20,168 nt of DNA from Breznakia blatticola (GCF_004365815.1 NZ_SODD01000045.1:1-20168); one strand, 5' to 3'. Shown: positions 5,893 through 14,466, numbered from the stretch's first letter. The notes: generated by a model not told the origin, from the sequence alone. Translations and numbers: made by a program.

Positions 5893-8800
5893 ATGAGAAG
5901 CAAGTTTTTTAAAGTTGGTTTGTCTTTTGCCGTTCTACTAAGTATGTTTAGTAGTATTTTTATGCCTCAATTTGTTTCACTTAAGACGACAAGAAGTGAT
6001 TCTACAAATTTAGCATTAAATAAGGCAGTAACCTATTCAGGTGTAGAAGGTGGAAAGAAAGGAGATGGTTCGTGGACATATCCACAGTTTGTTGGTGAAA
6101 AGGCTGTAGATGGGATTACAAAAGATACATCAAAACGATGGTCTGCAGAAAACGTTAAAGCAGGTCCTGAAGTTTATCAGCAATGGCTAGAAGTTGATTT
6201 AGGTAAAGTGTATTCGCTTGATTCAATCGTAATTGATTTTCACGCCGAAACAACTGATTACTCGGTTTTGACTTCAACAGATAAAGTTAACTGGACGAAT
6301 GTTGCAAATGTAACTGACGGAACAAGAGGGACAACAGTAAGTCGAACTTTTGATGCCAATAGAATTTCTGCTAGATATGTTAAATATGTACAGAATAAAC
6401 AATGGTTACATGCATCAAATAATAACTACTACGGAACAAGTATTTATGAAATCGAAGTATATGAAGCAACAGATGCAGAAATTTCTGATAATACATTACG
6501 AGTTGGAACTTTTAACATTGCCGCAAACAAAAAGCCGAATGTTGAATTGCAACGAGAACTAACTGACAAATATGCTTTAGAAATCGTTGGTTTACAAGAA
6601 GTAGATCGTAATACAGGAAGAAATAATTATGATATGTTGAATACTTTTGCAACTAATAAATATATTTCAAGCTATTATTCAAAGGCAATCGATCATGATG
6701 GCGGGGAATATGGAATCGGTACAGTCTCAAGGTATTCTTTAGAAAACTCAACTACAACTTTTGTGGATACAACTGGTGCAGAAGAAGCTCGCGTGTTCCA
6801 AAGAAGTGTTTTTCATAAAAAAGGAAAAGAAATAGCATTTTACAACTTACATTTTAGTTGGGAAAATCTTGAAATTCGCGAAAAACAATTTAAACAATTA
6901 AAAACTGCGCTAGCAGCCGATCCGGTTGAGTATAAAATTGTGGTTGGAGATTTTAATGCTGATCAATACCATAGTGAATTCTTCACCTTTATGGAAGATA
7001 TGGATATAACAAATGGACATAACAACGTATGGCACGATACATTTAATGGTGTTGATAATACAATGTTAGTTAATAGTGTTGATAATATTCTTGTATCAAG
7101 AAACTTAAAAATCAATTCAGTTCAAATGGTTGAAACAAAATTGTCTGATCATAACTTGTTTACTGCAGAGGTAGAGTTCTTAGATGAAAAAGAAGTTTCT
7201 TATCAATATCTACAATTGCTTTTACAAACATATGATGAATTAGACACTTCACTTTATACGAAAACAAGTGTGTTAGCTTTTGAAGAAGCATACGAAAATG
7301 CACAAAACGGATTACAGCAAGCGACAACACAAGAGGCTGTGAATACGCTAGCTAATAATTTGCTTAATGCGTATAAAGCACTCGAATGTTCAAATCTAGC
7401 ATATAATAAAAATGTGGAATACTCAGGTGTTGAGGGAGATAAAAATAATGATGGAACTTGGAAATATCCAAAATTCATGGGAGAAAAAGCAGTCGATGGA
7501 ATTAAAGGCGACAAAGAAAAAAGATGGTCAGGAAATAAAATCGATAAAGCATGGTTAACTGTAGATTTAGGTGAAGTTAAAGAAATTAGCGATGTTTTGA
7601 TTTATTTTGAATCTGCCGCTCCTGAATACCAAGTATTAGTATCAAAAGATGGACAAACATGGGACTGTGTTTATGAAGAAAAGAATGGTGAACATGGTGT
7701 AGAAGAACTTGTTCAAGCAACCTTTGATAAAACAGAAGCAAGATATGTTAAATATCAACAACTAAAACAGTGGAAACATTCAAGTAATGGAAAATATTAT
7801 AGTACTAGTATTTATGAACTTGAAGTATATGAAGATATTGCAATAGAAAGTATAACTTTAGCAAACGAAACAGATATTATATCAATTGGTGATACATATA
7901 AATTAGAACCAGTTATTACACCTTCTTTAGCAAGTAAGAAAAAGGTTATTTATAGTTCTGATAATGAAAGTGTTGCATCAATTGATGATAAAGGTGTAAT
8001 CACAGGAGTTAGTGAGGGTACAGCAACTATTACGCTTGCTTCTGCATCAAACCCACAAATCTGTACAACATTTACCATTGAAGTGGTTGATGGTCCAATC
8101 GTGGTTAGCAAAATTACTTTAGATGAAGAAGAGTTATATTTAACTCCACGTGATAAACGCTTTGCAAATTACAGTGTTTATCCAACACAAGCAATCAATC
8201 CTGATTTAGAAGTAGTATGGACTTCATCAGATGAGTCAGTTGCTACAGTAAATAAAAATGGTTTAATAGAGTGTCAAAAAGAAGGGACTGCTATTATTAG
8301 CGTTTCAAGTAAAGAGGATCCAACAATTAGTTCAAGTATGAAGATCGTTGTTGAGCCTTCAAATTATGTTGCTGATTATGATGTTATGCAAGATCGTTGG
8401 TTACGTCGCGTTGTTGGTGATGAAACAATGGATTTATCAGATAAAGATGTGAAAGCATATGTGGATAATGTTTCAAAAGAAGCTATCAAACTTTGGGATG
8501 AGATGGACAAGTCAGAAGGACGTACATATCTGTGGAAAAACACAGACTCAACAGTTGCAGCAGACTATACTACGCAATTCACAAAAATTAAAAAATTAGC
8601 ATTAGCATTCGGTATGAGAGGTAGTGAACTCTACCAAAATAAAGATTTATATAACGATATTATTAGTGCATTAGATTTTATGTATCATGTTAAAAACTAT
8701 AATGGTACGTACCGCACAGGAAACTGGTGGGATTGGCAAATTGGTTGTACACACCAACTTGTTGATACATTGATTATTTTAAAAGACTATGCACGCGATG

Positions 8801-11280
8801 GTGAAATTGATCTTTTAATTTCAAGTGTTGAAGGATATGCAGAGGATCCTTCGAAACAAATTCCAAGTTCAGTAGCAACGGGTGCAAACCGTACAGATAT
8901 TGGGTTAGCTGTCCTTGGTAGTGCAATTGTGGCTAGAAATGATAATCGGATGAACTTAGTTCTTACAAAAGTTCCTGATGTTATGAAACTTGTCACAAAA
9001 AATGATGGATTATACGCAGATGGTTCAGTTGTACAACATACAGCTCATGCTTACACTGGAAGTTATGGAAATGAGCTTATGAAAGGTATTGGTAAGATTC
9101 AATCAATTACATCAGGGACTGAGTGGGAAATTGTTGATGAGAGAATTGGAAATGTTTATAATACAGCAATAAATGGATACATACCTTTAATGGAACGTGG
9201 AAGAATGATGGCGATGGTTAATGGTCGTAGTATCGCGCGTGCACCAGGAACAAATCCATTTACAACTGAGTTAGCATCTGGTTCAGAAACAATTTCTAAC
9301 ATGATGTTAATTGCTCAATTCGCCCCAACAGATGTTAGCAATGAATTATACAGTTCAATAAAAAACTGGCTTGAAGCAAGTAATGAACAATACGATTTCT
9401 TTAAGAATGCTCGTGACATTGAATCACTTTTAAATGCAAAGAGTATTCTAGAAAGTAAGGAAATTGAATCTAAACGTTACACTGGAATGAAAGTCTATGG
9501 TTCAATGGACCGTGTGGTTCAAGCAAAAGATACATATTCAGTAGGGTTAGCAATGTATTCTTCAAGAATTTATAATTATGAATATGGTAATACAGAAAAT
9601 CCTCGCGGTTGGCATTTAGCTGATGGTGCATTATATGTTTACACAAATGATTTCAAACAATATGGAGAAGGTTACTGGACAACAATTGATGCACTTCGTA
9701 TACCTGGAACAACTACAGATACAAGAGCTCGAAATAATGGTTCTGATCAAGGAGAGAAATCTAAACAATCATTAGTTGGGGGAGCAACTGATGGAACTAA
9801 TGGAACTGCATCAATGTTCTTGAATAAAGACCACGTTGCTAATATGGATCTAAAAGCTAAAAAATCGTGGTTCTTCTTAGATGGAAAAGTGGTAGCTGTT
9901 GGTAGTGATATAAATGGAACTTCAACAAATTCTATTGAAACTACTATCGAAAATCGTGTAATCAGTGAAGATTCTACAATATCGATAAATGGAAATGCAT
10001 TGACTGAAAATGAAAAGAATTTGAACTTGAATGAGAATTCATATGTTCACTATGATGAAAAGTCAACAGATACACAAATTGGATACTATTTCCCAAAGAA
10101 ACAAGAATTGTATTCAAAAGTGGAAGAAAGAACTGGAAAATACTCTGATATTAATAATTACTTTGTAAATGATAAGACGTATACAATGGATTATTTTACA
10201 CTTGGTATGAATCATGGAGATAGTGTAGTTAACGGAAGTTATGAATATGTGTTATTCCCTGATACAAGTGAAAAACAAATTGCAAATTATGCAAAAAATA
10301 ATGAACTACAAATTATTAATGAACAAGATGTACACGGAATTATTGAAGCAAATGTATTTGCGTTTAACACGTTTGCTGATAATGTAGAAGTCAATGGATA
10401 TACAGTAAGTGAACCTGCATGTGTATATACAAATACAGAAAGAGATACACTTAAAATTACAATCAGTAATCCAAAGCAAAATGATGTTACATTAAGATTA
10501 CATGTTAGAGACAAATATCAATACGTAATTTCAAAAGATGCTAACATTGAAGAAGTTGGTAATGGAGATTTCACAATTGATACAACTGGTGCTGCTGGAA
10601 AATCATTCACAATTGAATTGCAATTATATCCTGATACGACTGCATTAGAAAATGAAATAACATTAAGTGAAGATGTATTAAGCAATAGTACAAACTACAT
10701 CCCAAGTACAATTAAAGATCTAGCTGTAGAAGTAGAGATTGCAAAAGATGTCTTAGTAAATGGAAAAACACAAGATGAACTTGATGCAGCAACAAGTAAA
10801 CTGAAATCAATTCGTGAACTTGCAACATTGTTAGCAAACAAAGATGAATTGAAAAAAGTTATTGAAGAAATCCAATCAATGGATTTAGATGCATATACAA
10901 GTCAATCTGTAGAAAAACTACAACAAGAATTAGGACTTGCTAATCAAGTGTTTGAAGATGTTGAATCAACACAAAAGGTTGTCGATGAAACAGTTGAAAA
11001 ACTAAAAAATGCTATTGATAGTTTAGTCAAAAAGGAACCAGAAACAAACCCTGGTGGTGAAAAACCAGATCCAGAAAAACCAGATCCAGAAAAGCCAGGA
11101 CAAAAACCTGAAGATAAACCAAATCAAAATCCTAGTGAAGCTCCAACAAATAATACAAATGATGGAGTGAATTCAGGAGATTCTACGAACTTAAATGGGT
11201 TATATGGAGTCTTGTTGTTAGCGACATTCTCTATCATTGTATTCGGTTCTAAAAAATACAAGAAAGCAAATAAAAAATAA
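5893..11280 (+). CDS. Secreted, surface-anchored multidomain polysaccharide lyase family 8 enzyme (hyaluronate/chondroitin-type) with an embedded EEP domain
   Basis: Strong SD GAGGAGG lies 7 nt upstream, and the N-terminus is a signal peptide (MRSKFFKVGLSFAVLLSMFSSIF...). PL8 motifs match S. pneumoniae hyaluronate lyase: NWWDWQIG, TGANRTD, DGSVVQHTAHAYTGSYGN, ENPRGW and YWTTIDALRIPGTT. See the domain features below. Confidence 0.9.
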   Translation: MRSKFFKVGLSFAVLLSMFSSIFMPQFVSLKTTRSDSTNLALNKAVTYSGVEGGKKGDGSWTYPQFVGEKAVDGITKDTSKRWSAENVKAGPEVYQQWLEVDLGKVYSLDSIVIDFHAETTDYSVLTSTDKVNWTNVANVTDGTRGTTVSRTFDANRISARYVKYVQNKQWLHASNNNYYGTSIYEIEVYEATDAEISDNTLRVGTFNIAANKKPNVELQRELTDKYALEIVGLQEVDRNTGRNNYDMLNTFATNKYISSYYSKAIDHDGGEYGIGTVSRYSLENSTTTFVDTTGAEEARVFQRSVFHKKGKEIAFYNLHFSWENLEIREKQFKQLKTALAADPVEYKIVVGDFNADQYHSEFFTFMEDMDITNGHNNVWHDTFNGVDNTMLVNSVDNILVSRNLKINSVQMVETKLSDHNLFTAEVEFLDEKEVSYQYLQLLLQTYDELDTSLYTKTSVLAFEEAYENAQNGLQQATTQEAVNTLANNLLNAYKALECSNLAYNKNVEYSGVEGDKNNDGTWKYPKFMGEKAVDGIKGDKEKRWSGNKIDKAWLTVDLGEVKEISDVLIYFESAAPEYQVLVSKDGQTWDCVYEEKNGEHGVEELVQATFDKTEARYVKYQQLKQWKHSSNGKYYSTSIYELEVYEDIAIESITLANETDIISIGDTYKLEPVITPSLASKKKVIYSSDNESVASIDDKGVITGVSEGTATITLASASNPQICTTFTIEVVDGPIVVSKITLDEEELYLTPRDKRFANYSVYPTQAINPDLEVVWTSSDESVATVNKNGLIECQKEGTAIISVSSKEDPTISSSMKIVVEPSNYVADYDVMQDRWLRRVVGDETMDLSDKDVKAYVDNVSKEAIKLWDEMDKSEGRTYLWKNTDSTVAADYTTQFTKIKKLALAFGMRGSELYQNKDLYNDIISALDFMYHVKNYNGTYRTGNWWDWQIGCTHQLVDTLIILKDYARDGEIDLLISSVEGYAEDPSKQIPSSVATGANRTDIGLAVLGSAIVARNDNRMNLVLTKVPDVMKLVTKNDGLYADGSVVQHTAHAYTGSYGNELMKGIGKIQSITSGTEWEIVDERIGNVYNTAINGYIPLMERGRMMAMVNGRSIARAPGTNPFTTELASGSETISNMMLIAQFAPTDVSNELYSSIKNWLEASNEQYDFFKNARDIESLLNAKSILESKEIESKRYTGMKVYGSMDRVVQAKDTYSVGLAMYSSRIYNYEYGNTENPRGWHLADGALYVYTNDFKQYGEGYWTTIDALRIPGTTTDTRARNNGSDQGEKSKQSLVGGATDGTNGTASMFLNKDHVANMDLKAKKSWFFLDGKVVAVGSDINGTSTNSIETTIENRVISEDSTISINGNALTENEKNLNLNENSYVHYDEKSTDTQIGYYFPKKQELYSKVEERTGKYSDINNYFVNDKTYTMDYFTLGMNHGDSVVNGSYEYVLFPDTSEKQIANYAKNNELQIINEQDVHGIIEANVFAFNTFADNVEVNGYTVSEPACVYTNTERDTLKITISNPKQNDVTLRLHVRDKYQYVISKDANIEEVGNGDFTIDTTGAAGKSFTIELQLYPDTTALENEITLSEDVLSNSTNYIPSTIKDLAVEVEIAKDVLVNGKTQDELDAATSKLKSIRELATLLANKDELKKVIEEIQSMDLDAYTSQSVEKLQQELGLANQVFEDVESTQKVVDETVEKLKNAIDSLVKKEPETNPGGEKPDPEKPDPEKPGQKPEDKPNQNPSEAPTNNTNDGVNSGDSTNLNGLYGVLLLATFSIIVFGSKKYKKANKK
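6007..6465 (+). other. Domain: F5/8 type C (discoidin / CBM32-like) copy 1 (aa 39-191)
   Basis: The pattern NLALNK..., AVDG......RW, WLEVDLG, ARYVKY and IYEIEVYE is typical of F5/8 type C carbohydrate-binding modules. Confidence 0.8.
6496..7179 (+). other. Domain: endonuclease/exonuclease/phosphatase (EEP) fold (aa 202-429)
   Basis: The EEP signature residues appear in order: FN208I, GLQE236V, GD353FN355AD and SD419H420. All candidate catalytic residues are intact. Confidence 0.8.
7393..7836 (+). other. Domain: F5/8 type C (CBM32-like) copy 2 (aa 501-648), paralogous to copy 1
   Basis: NLAYNKNVEYSGVEGDKNNDGTWKYPKFMGEKAVDG... aligns colinearly with copy 1 (NLALNKAVTYSGVEGGKKGDGSWTYPQFVGEKAVDG...). 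It ends IYELEVYED. Confidence 0.8.
7843..8355 (+). other. Domains: two bacterial Ig-like group 2 (Big_2) repeats
   Basis: Two units of about 80 aa follow the Big_2 pattern: I.L......l..G.t..L...i.P......v.w.SS#..vA.V...G.v.....GtA.It. Confidence 0.75.
8377..10629 (+). other. Domain block: PL8 lyase (N-terminal alpha/alpha, central beta and C-terminal domains; about aa 829-1579)
   Basis: The candidate catalytic triad is N999 (8887-8889), H1049 (9037-9039) and Y1058 (9064-9066). Its N-50-H-9-Y spacing equals N349/H399/Y408 of S. pneumoniae hyaluronate lyase. The aromatic patch is W945/W946. Confidence 0.85.
10630..11034 (+). other. Domains: FIVAR-like helical repeats (about 2 copies); a further copy lies at about 7198-7386
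   Basis: Helical modules follow the pattern Y..S...L......A..vl.....tq.e.d.a...L..ai..L. Confidence 0.6.
11059..11103 (+). repeat. 15-bp tandem coding repeat (GAAAAACCAGATCCA x2 plus degenerate copies) encoding EKPDP/EKPGQ
   Basis: Direct reading finds identical copies at 11059-11073 and 11074-11088. A diverged copy follows at 11089-11103, and the Pro/Lys-rich periodicity continues to about 11130. Confidence 0.8.
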
Positions 11281-11293
11281 AGTCTAAATACTG

Positions 11294-11339
11294 AAAAAGC
11301 CAGATATATAAAGCAAAGATTATACAATCTGGCTTTTTT
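11294..11339 (+). terminator. Rho-independent terminator after the lyase gene
   Basis: AGCCAGAT (11298-11305) pairs with ATCTGGCT (11327-11334). The loop is long (21 nt). It is flanked by an A-run and followed by a run of five T (11335-11339). Confidence 0.6.
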
Positions 11340-11390
11340 GTAGTTTGATTTAAGTTTTTACTAGATTAAATCAATTGCGTAAACGTTTTA

Positions 11391-11399
11391 TGCTATAAT
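11391..11399 (+). promoter_or_regulatory. Extended -10 element TGcTATAAT; predicted +1 coincides with ATG 11406
   Basis: TGCTATAAT lies at 11391-11399, followed by exactly 6 nt (GAGCCC) and then ATG 11406. No SD is present. Confidence 0.45.
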
Positions 11400-11405
11400 G
11401 AGCCC

Positions 11406-12008
11406 ATGATTAAAAATATAGTATTTGATATTGGAAATGTAGTATTGGGGTTTAAACCCATTGAGTATTTCTCTATGTATGAAAATGGTGAATATGTATG
11501 TCGGCAGATTTTTCAATGTCCACTTTGGAAAGAATATGATCGTGGTACCGTAAAACTAGCTGAAATAGAAGCGCAAGTAACTACAGAAATGCCACAGTTT
11601 AAAGATTTGATTCATGAAATATTAGAAAAATGGATGGACGTACTTATACCATTAGAAACGTTATCATATATTGATGTACTTAAATCACTTGGATATCGTA
11701 TTTTCTTACTTAGTAACTTATCTTATGATGCAGCAATATACATCGAAGAACATGTGGATTTATTTCAAAAGGTTGATGGATATGTTCTTTCATGTAATGA
11801 AAAGGTAATCAAACCTGAAGTGGAAATTTATGAGACATTGTTTCGTAGATTTCATATCAAAGCAGAAGAAAGTATATTTTTAGATGATTTAGAAGCAAAT
11901 ATTGAAGGTGCAAAAGCACTTGGAATGGACGGAATTGTTGTAAATAGTCCAAGCCAAGCTTTGCAGGATTTAGAAAGAAAGCTAGGCAAGGAGTTCTATG
12001 TTAAATAA
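11406..12008 (+). CDS. HAD-IA family phosphatase, YihX-like
   Basis: Motif I is FDIGNVV (compare E. coli YihX FDLGNVIV). LLSNLS, KPEVEIY and FLDDLEANIEGAKALGMDGI (motif IV) are also present. The canonical position of the nucleophile Asp, near residue 8, supports ATG 11406 as the start. Confidence 0.85.
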   Translation: MIKNIVFDIGNVVLGFKPIEYFSMYENGEYVCRQIFQCPLWKEYDRGTVKLAEIEAQVTTEMPQFKDLIHEILEKWMDVLIPLETLSYIDVLKSLGYRIFLLSNLSYDAAIYIEEHVDLFQKVDGYVLSCNEKVIKPEVEIYETLFRRFHIKAEESIFLDDLEANIEGAKALGMDGIVVNSPSQALQDLERKLGKEFYVK

Positions 12009-13344
12009 AAAAGCAAAAGTTAAAGGTGAAATTTTAGCCATTGAAGATAATGGATTGGGTTTCATGCAAGTACACAAAGATAAAGTATATGTAAAACAAG
12101 TACTTGTTGGTGAAGTTGTTGAAGCAATTGTCACAAAAAAAATTAAAGAAGGATATATTGCAGATGTTGTAAAAGTAATAAAACCAAGCAGCATTCGAAC
12201 TAAGGTAAAGTGTCCATATTTTACTAGATGTGGAAGTTGTAATTACTTACATATGTTGTATCCATTTGAATTGAAATTAAAAACAGAACAAGTCAAAGGT
12301 TTGGTTGAACAGTATCGTTTACCCATGCAAGTACACAATTGTGAAGGTATGAAAGAACCATATGCATATCGTAATAAACTGATTTTGTCGTTTGGAAAAA
12401 GTCGTAAAAATGAAGTAGTATCTGGTTTTTATGAACCATACTCACATAAACTTGTGAATATTGGAAACTGTTTACTTCACGATAAAAAAAGTAATGATCT
12501 AATTGCACATATCAAAGACTGTGTGAAGAAGTGTCGTATTGATGTTTATGATGAAGCAACAAAACGTGGATTCTTGAAACATGTACAGTTACGCGAAAAC
12601 CAAAAAGGAGAGTTTTTAGTAACGATTGTAGTTGTAGACAAAGAGTTTAAAGGAAAAAAGAAGTTCATTGATATGTTACTTGATGGACATTCAGAAATCG
12701 TAAGTATTGTTCAAAACATTAATAATCGTCACACGGTTGTTGTGCTTGGCAATGAAGAAGTTGTGTTATATGGAAAAGGCTATATTGAGGATACTCTATG
12801 TGGATTAACATTCCGTATTTCAAGTAAATCCTTCTACCAAATCAATCATGAACAATGTGAAAAGCTATATACAAAAGCGTTGTCGATGTTGAAACTGAAA
12901 GGTACAGAAACAGTTATTGATACGTATAGTGGAATTGGAACGATTTCTTTACTTCTTGCAAAACAAGCAAAGAAGGTTTATGGTGTAGAAATTAACGCAC
13001 AAGCTGTTAAAGATGCTAACGTAAATAAAGAAATTAATGGGATTCAAAATGTAGATTTTGTTTGTAGCGATTCTGGAGAATATATGCAACGTCTAGCAAG
13101 AGTTAAGCAAGCAGTTGATGTTGTTGTTATGGATCCAGCTCGTGATGGAGCAGATAAGAATTTTATTGATGCACTACTTACTTTAAAACCAAAACATATA
13201 CTATACATTTCATGTAATCCAGAAACGCAAATGCGTGATATCAAACAATTAAATCGTGTATACAACTGTAAAACTGTTGAATTATTTGATATGTTTCCAC
13301 GTACGAACCATGTGGAAAGCATTGTTTTATTATCTAGAAAATAA
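11998..13344 (+). CDS. rlmD: 23S rRNA (uracil-C5)-methyltransferase, RumA/RlmD/RlmCD family (TRAM + 4Fe-4S + SAM MTase)
   Basis: The protein has an N-terminal TRAM-like beta domain and the Cys cluster CPYFTRCGSCNYLHM plus a distal Cys. It also has SFYQIN, the SAM motif DTYSGIGTISL, VVMDPARDG and the catalytic Cys in YISCNPET. SD AAGGAG lies at 11988-11993. The ATG overlaps the HAD ORF by 11 nt. Confidence 0.9.
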   Translation: MLNKKAKVKGEILAIEDNGLGFMQVHKDKVYVKQVLVGEVVEAIVTKKIKEGYIADVVKVIKPSSIRTKVKCPYFTRCGSCNYLHMLYPFELKLKTEQVKGLVEQYRLPMQVHNCEGMKEPYAYRNKLILSFGKSRKNEVVSGFYEPYSHKLVNIGNCLLHDKKSNDLIAHIKDCVKKCRIDVYDEATKRGFLKHVQLRENQKGEFLVTIVVVDKEFKGKKKFIDMLLDGHSEIVSIVQNINNRHTVVVLGNEEVVLYGKGYIEDTLCGLTFRISSKSFYQINHEQCEKLYTKALSMLKLKGTETVIDTYSGIGTISLLLAKQAKKVYGVEINAQAVKDANVNKEINGIQNVDFVCSDSGEYMQRLARVKQAVDVVVMDPARDGADKNFIDALLTLKPKHILYISCNPETQMRDIKQLNRVYNCKTVELFDMFPRTNHVESIVLLSRK

Positions 13345-13401
13345 ACAATTGATTACATGGTGTAAGTGAAGTATATCGTTCATATTTTATGATGACGATT
13401 A

Positions 13402-13410
13402 TGATATACT
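13402..13410 (+). promoter_or_regulatory. Candidate extended -10 (TGaTATACT) for scrR
   Basis: TGATATACT lies 22 nt upstream of ATG 13432. SD AAGGGGA is at 13421-13427. Confidence 0.35.
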
Positions 13411-13431
13411 AAATGTAGTTAAGGGGAAGAC

Positions 13432-14424
13432 ATGAAAGATAAACAGTTAACAATGCAAGATATAGCCGACTTAGCAGGAGTTGGAAAAAGCACGGTTTCA
13501 CGTTATTTTAATGGTGGCTATGTAAAAGAAGAAACGCGAAGAAAACTAAAGGAAATTATTGAAAAGGTAGACTATACACCAAATACGATCGCTCAAAGTT
13601 TAAAAGCGACAAAAACAAAAACGATTGGTATAGTTGCACCCTGCTTAGATTCCATAACATCATCACGCGTTATGATGGCTCTAGATGAGTATGTGAGAAA
13701 TGAAGGCTATGTCACAATTATCATAAATACAAATCACAATGAAATGCGTGAATTGACATCCATTGAACATGTTTGGAAAATGAATGTGGATGCTATTGTG
13801 TTAATTGCAACCAATATTACAGAAGCACATAGACAACTTGCTCATAAAATTGATGTACCTATGCTATTTATTGGTCAAGTGTTTAGTGATGGATATTCCA
13901 TTGTAAATGATGACTATCACGCTGGTTTTGATATGGGTGAATATGTTGCTAAAAAAGGACATATGGATATCACATATGTAGGTGTAAATGCAAGTGATAG
14001 AGCAGTCGGAATTGAACGAAAAAAAGGCGTTATGGATGGTTTCCAAACTCATGGCGTTTCAAGTATAAATACGATTGAAACAGACTTTACGTTTACACAT
14101 TCACAGGATGTAATTAGTGCGTACTTAAAGAAACATATACCAAGTGTTTTTATATGTGCTACGGATACAATTGCACTAGCTTGTTATAAGGAAGTGCAAG
14201 CTTTACAATTAAAAGTTCCAGAAGATATTTCAATCGTAGGATTTGGGGGATATGAATCTTCAAGTGTAATTACACCAAGTTTATGTACAGTACGTTTTGA
14301 TAATGAAATGGCTGGAAAGATGGCTGGTGAAGCAATTATAAAATGGATTAATGGGGAGATAATTCCTAAGATGCAATCCGTTGGATATACAATTATTGAA
14401 GGAGAGAGCGTACAATCAATATAG
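13432..14424 (+). CDS. scrR: LacI family transcriptional regulator, probable sucrose operon repressor
   Basis: The N-terminal HTH (MQDIADLAGVGKSTVSRYFNG...YTPNTIAQSLK) is followed by a periplasmic-binding-protein-like sugar-binding core. The gene sits directly upstream of the sucrose PTS and hydrolase genes. Confidence 0.85.
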   Translation: MKDKQLTMQDIADLAGVGKSTVSRYFNGGYVKEETRRKLKEIIEKVDYTPNTIAQSLKATKTKTIGIVAPCLDSITSSRVMMALDEYVRNEGYVTIIINTNHNEMRELTSIEHVWKMNVDAIVLIATNITEAHRQLAHKIDVPMLFIGQVFSDGYSIVNDDYHAGFDMGEYVAKKGHMDITYVGVNASDRAVGIERKKGVMDGFQTHGVSSINTIETDFTFTHSQDVISAYLKKHIPSVFICATDTIALACYKEVQALQLKVPEDISIVGFGGYESSSVITPSLCTVRFDNEMAGKMAGEAIIKWINGEIIPKMQSVGYTIIEGESVQSI

Positions 14425-14448
14425 ATGTTCGTTCTTTTTTTATACCAT

Positions 14449-14466
14449 TGTGGAACCGATATCACA
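14449..14466. promoter_or_regulatory. LacI-type operator / cre-like site O1 (upstream of -35)
   Basis: TGTGGAACCGATATCACA shares the half-site TGGAACCG with O2. It matches the cre consensus WTGNAANCGNWNNCW at 14/15 positions. Confidence 0.5.

Noticed and set aside
11059-11130. Short tandem repeats considered as a possible CRISPR or minisatellite
   Set aside because: The 15-bp units are contiguous with no spacers. They lie in-frame within the lyase CDS and encode a Pro/Lys-rich stalk, so this is not a CRISPR array.
6350-11327. Short ORFs within or antisense to the lyase gene (6350-6562 +, 7254-7514 -, 8787-8996 -, 10287-10514 -, 11124-11327 -)
   Set aside because: All are embedded in, or overlap, the 1795-aa CDS, whose domain structure is continuous in a single frame. 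None has independent signals.
11998-12008. 11-nt overlap between the HAD and rlmD ORFs, considered as something unusual
   Set aside because: This is ordinary translational coupling: an SD inside the upstream ORF and an ATG before its stop. I see no evidence of programmed frameshifting.
11982-13322. Minus-strand ORFs 11982-12194, 12293-12508 and 13044-13322 antisense to rlmD
   Set aside because: They are antisense to a CDS that has complete TRAM, Fe-S and MTase motifs. No supporting signals are present.
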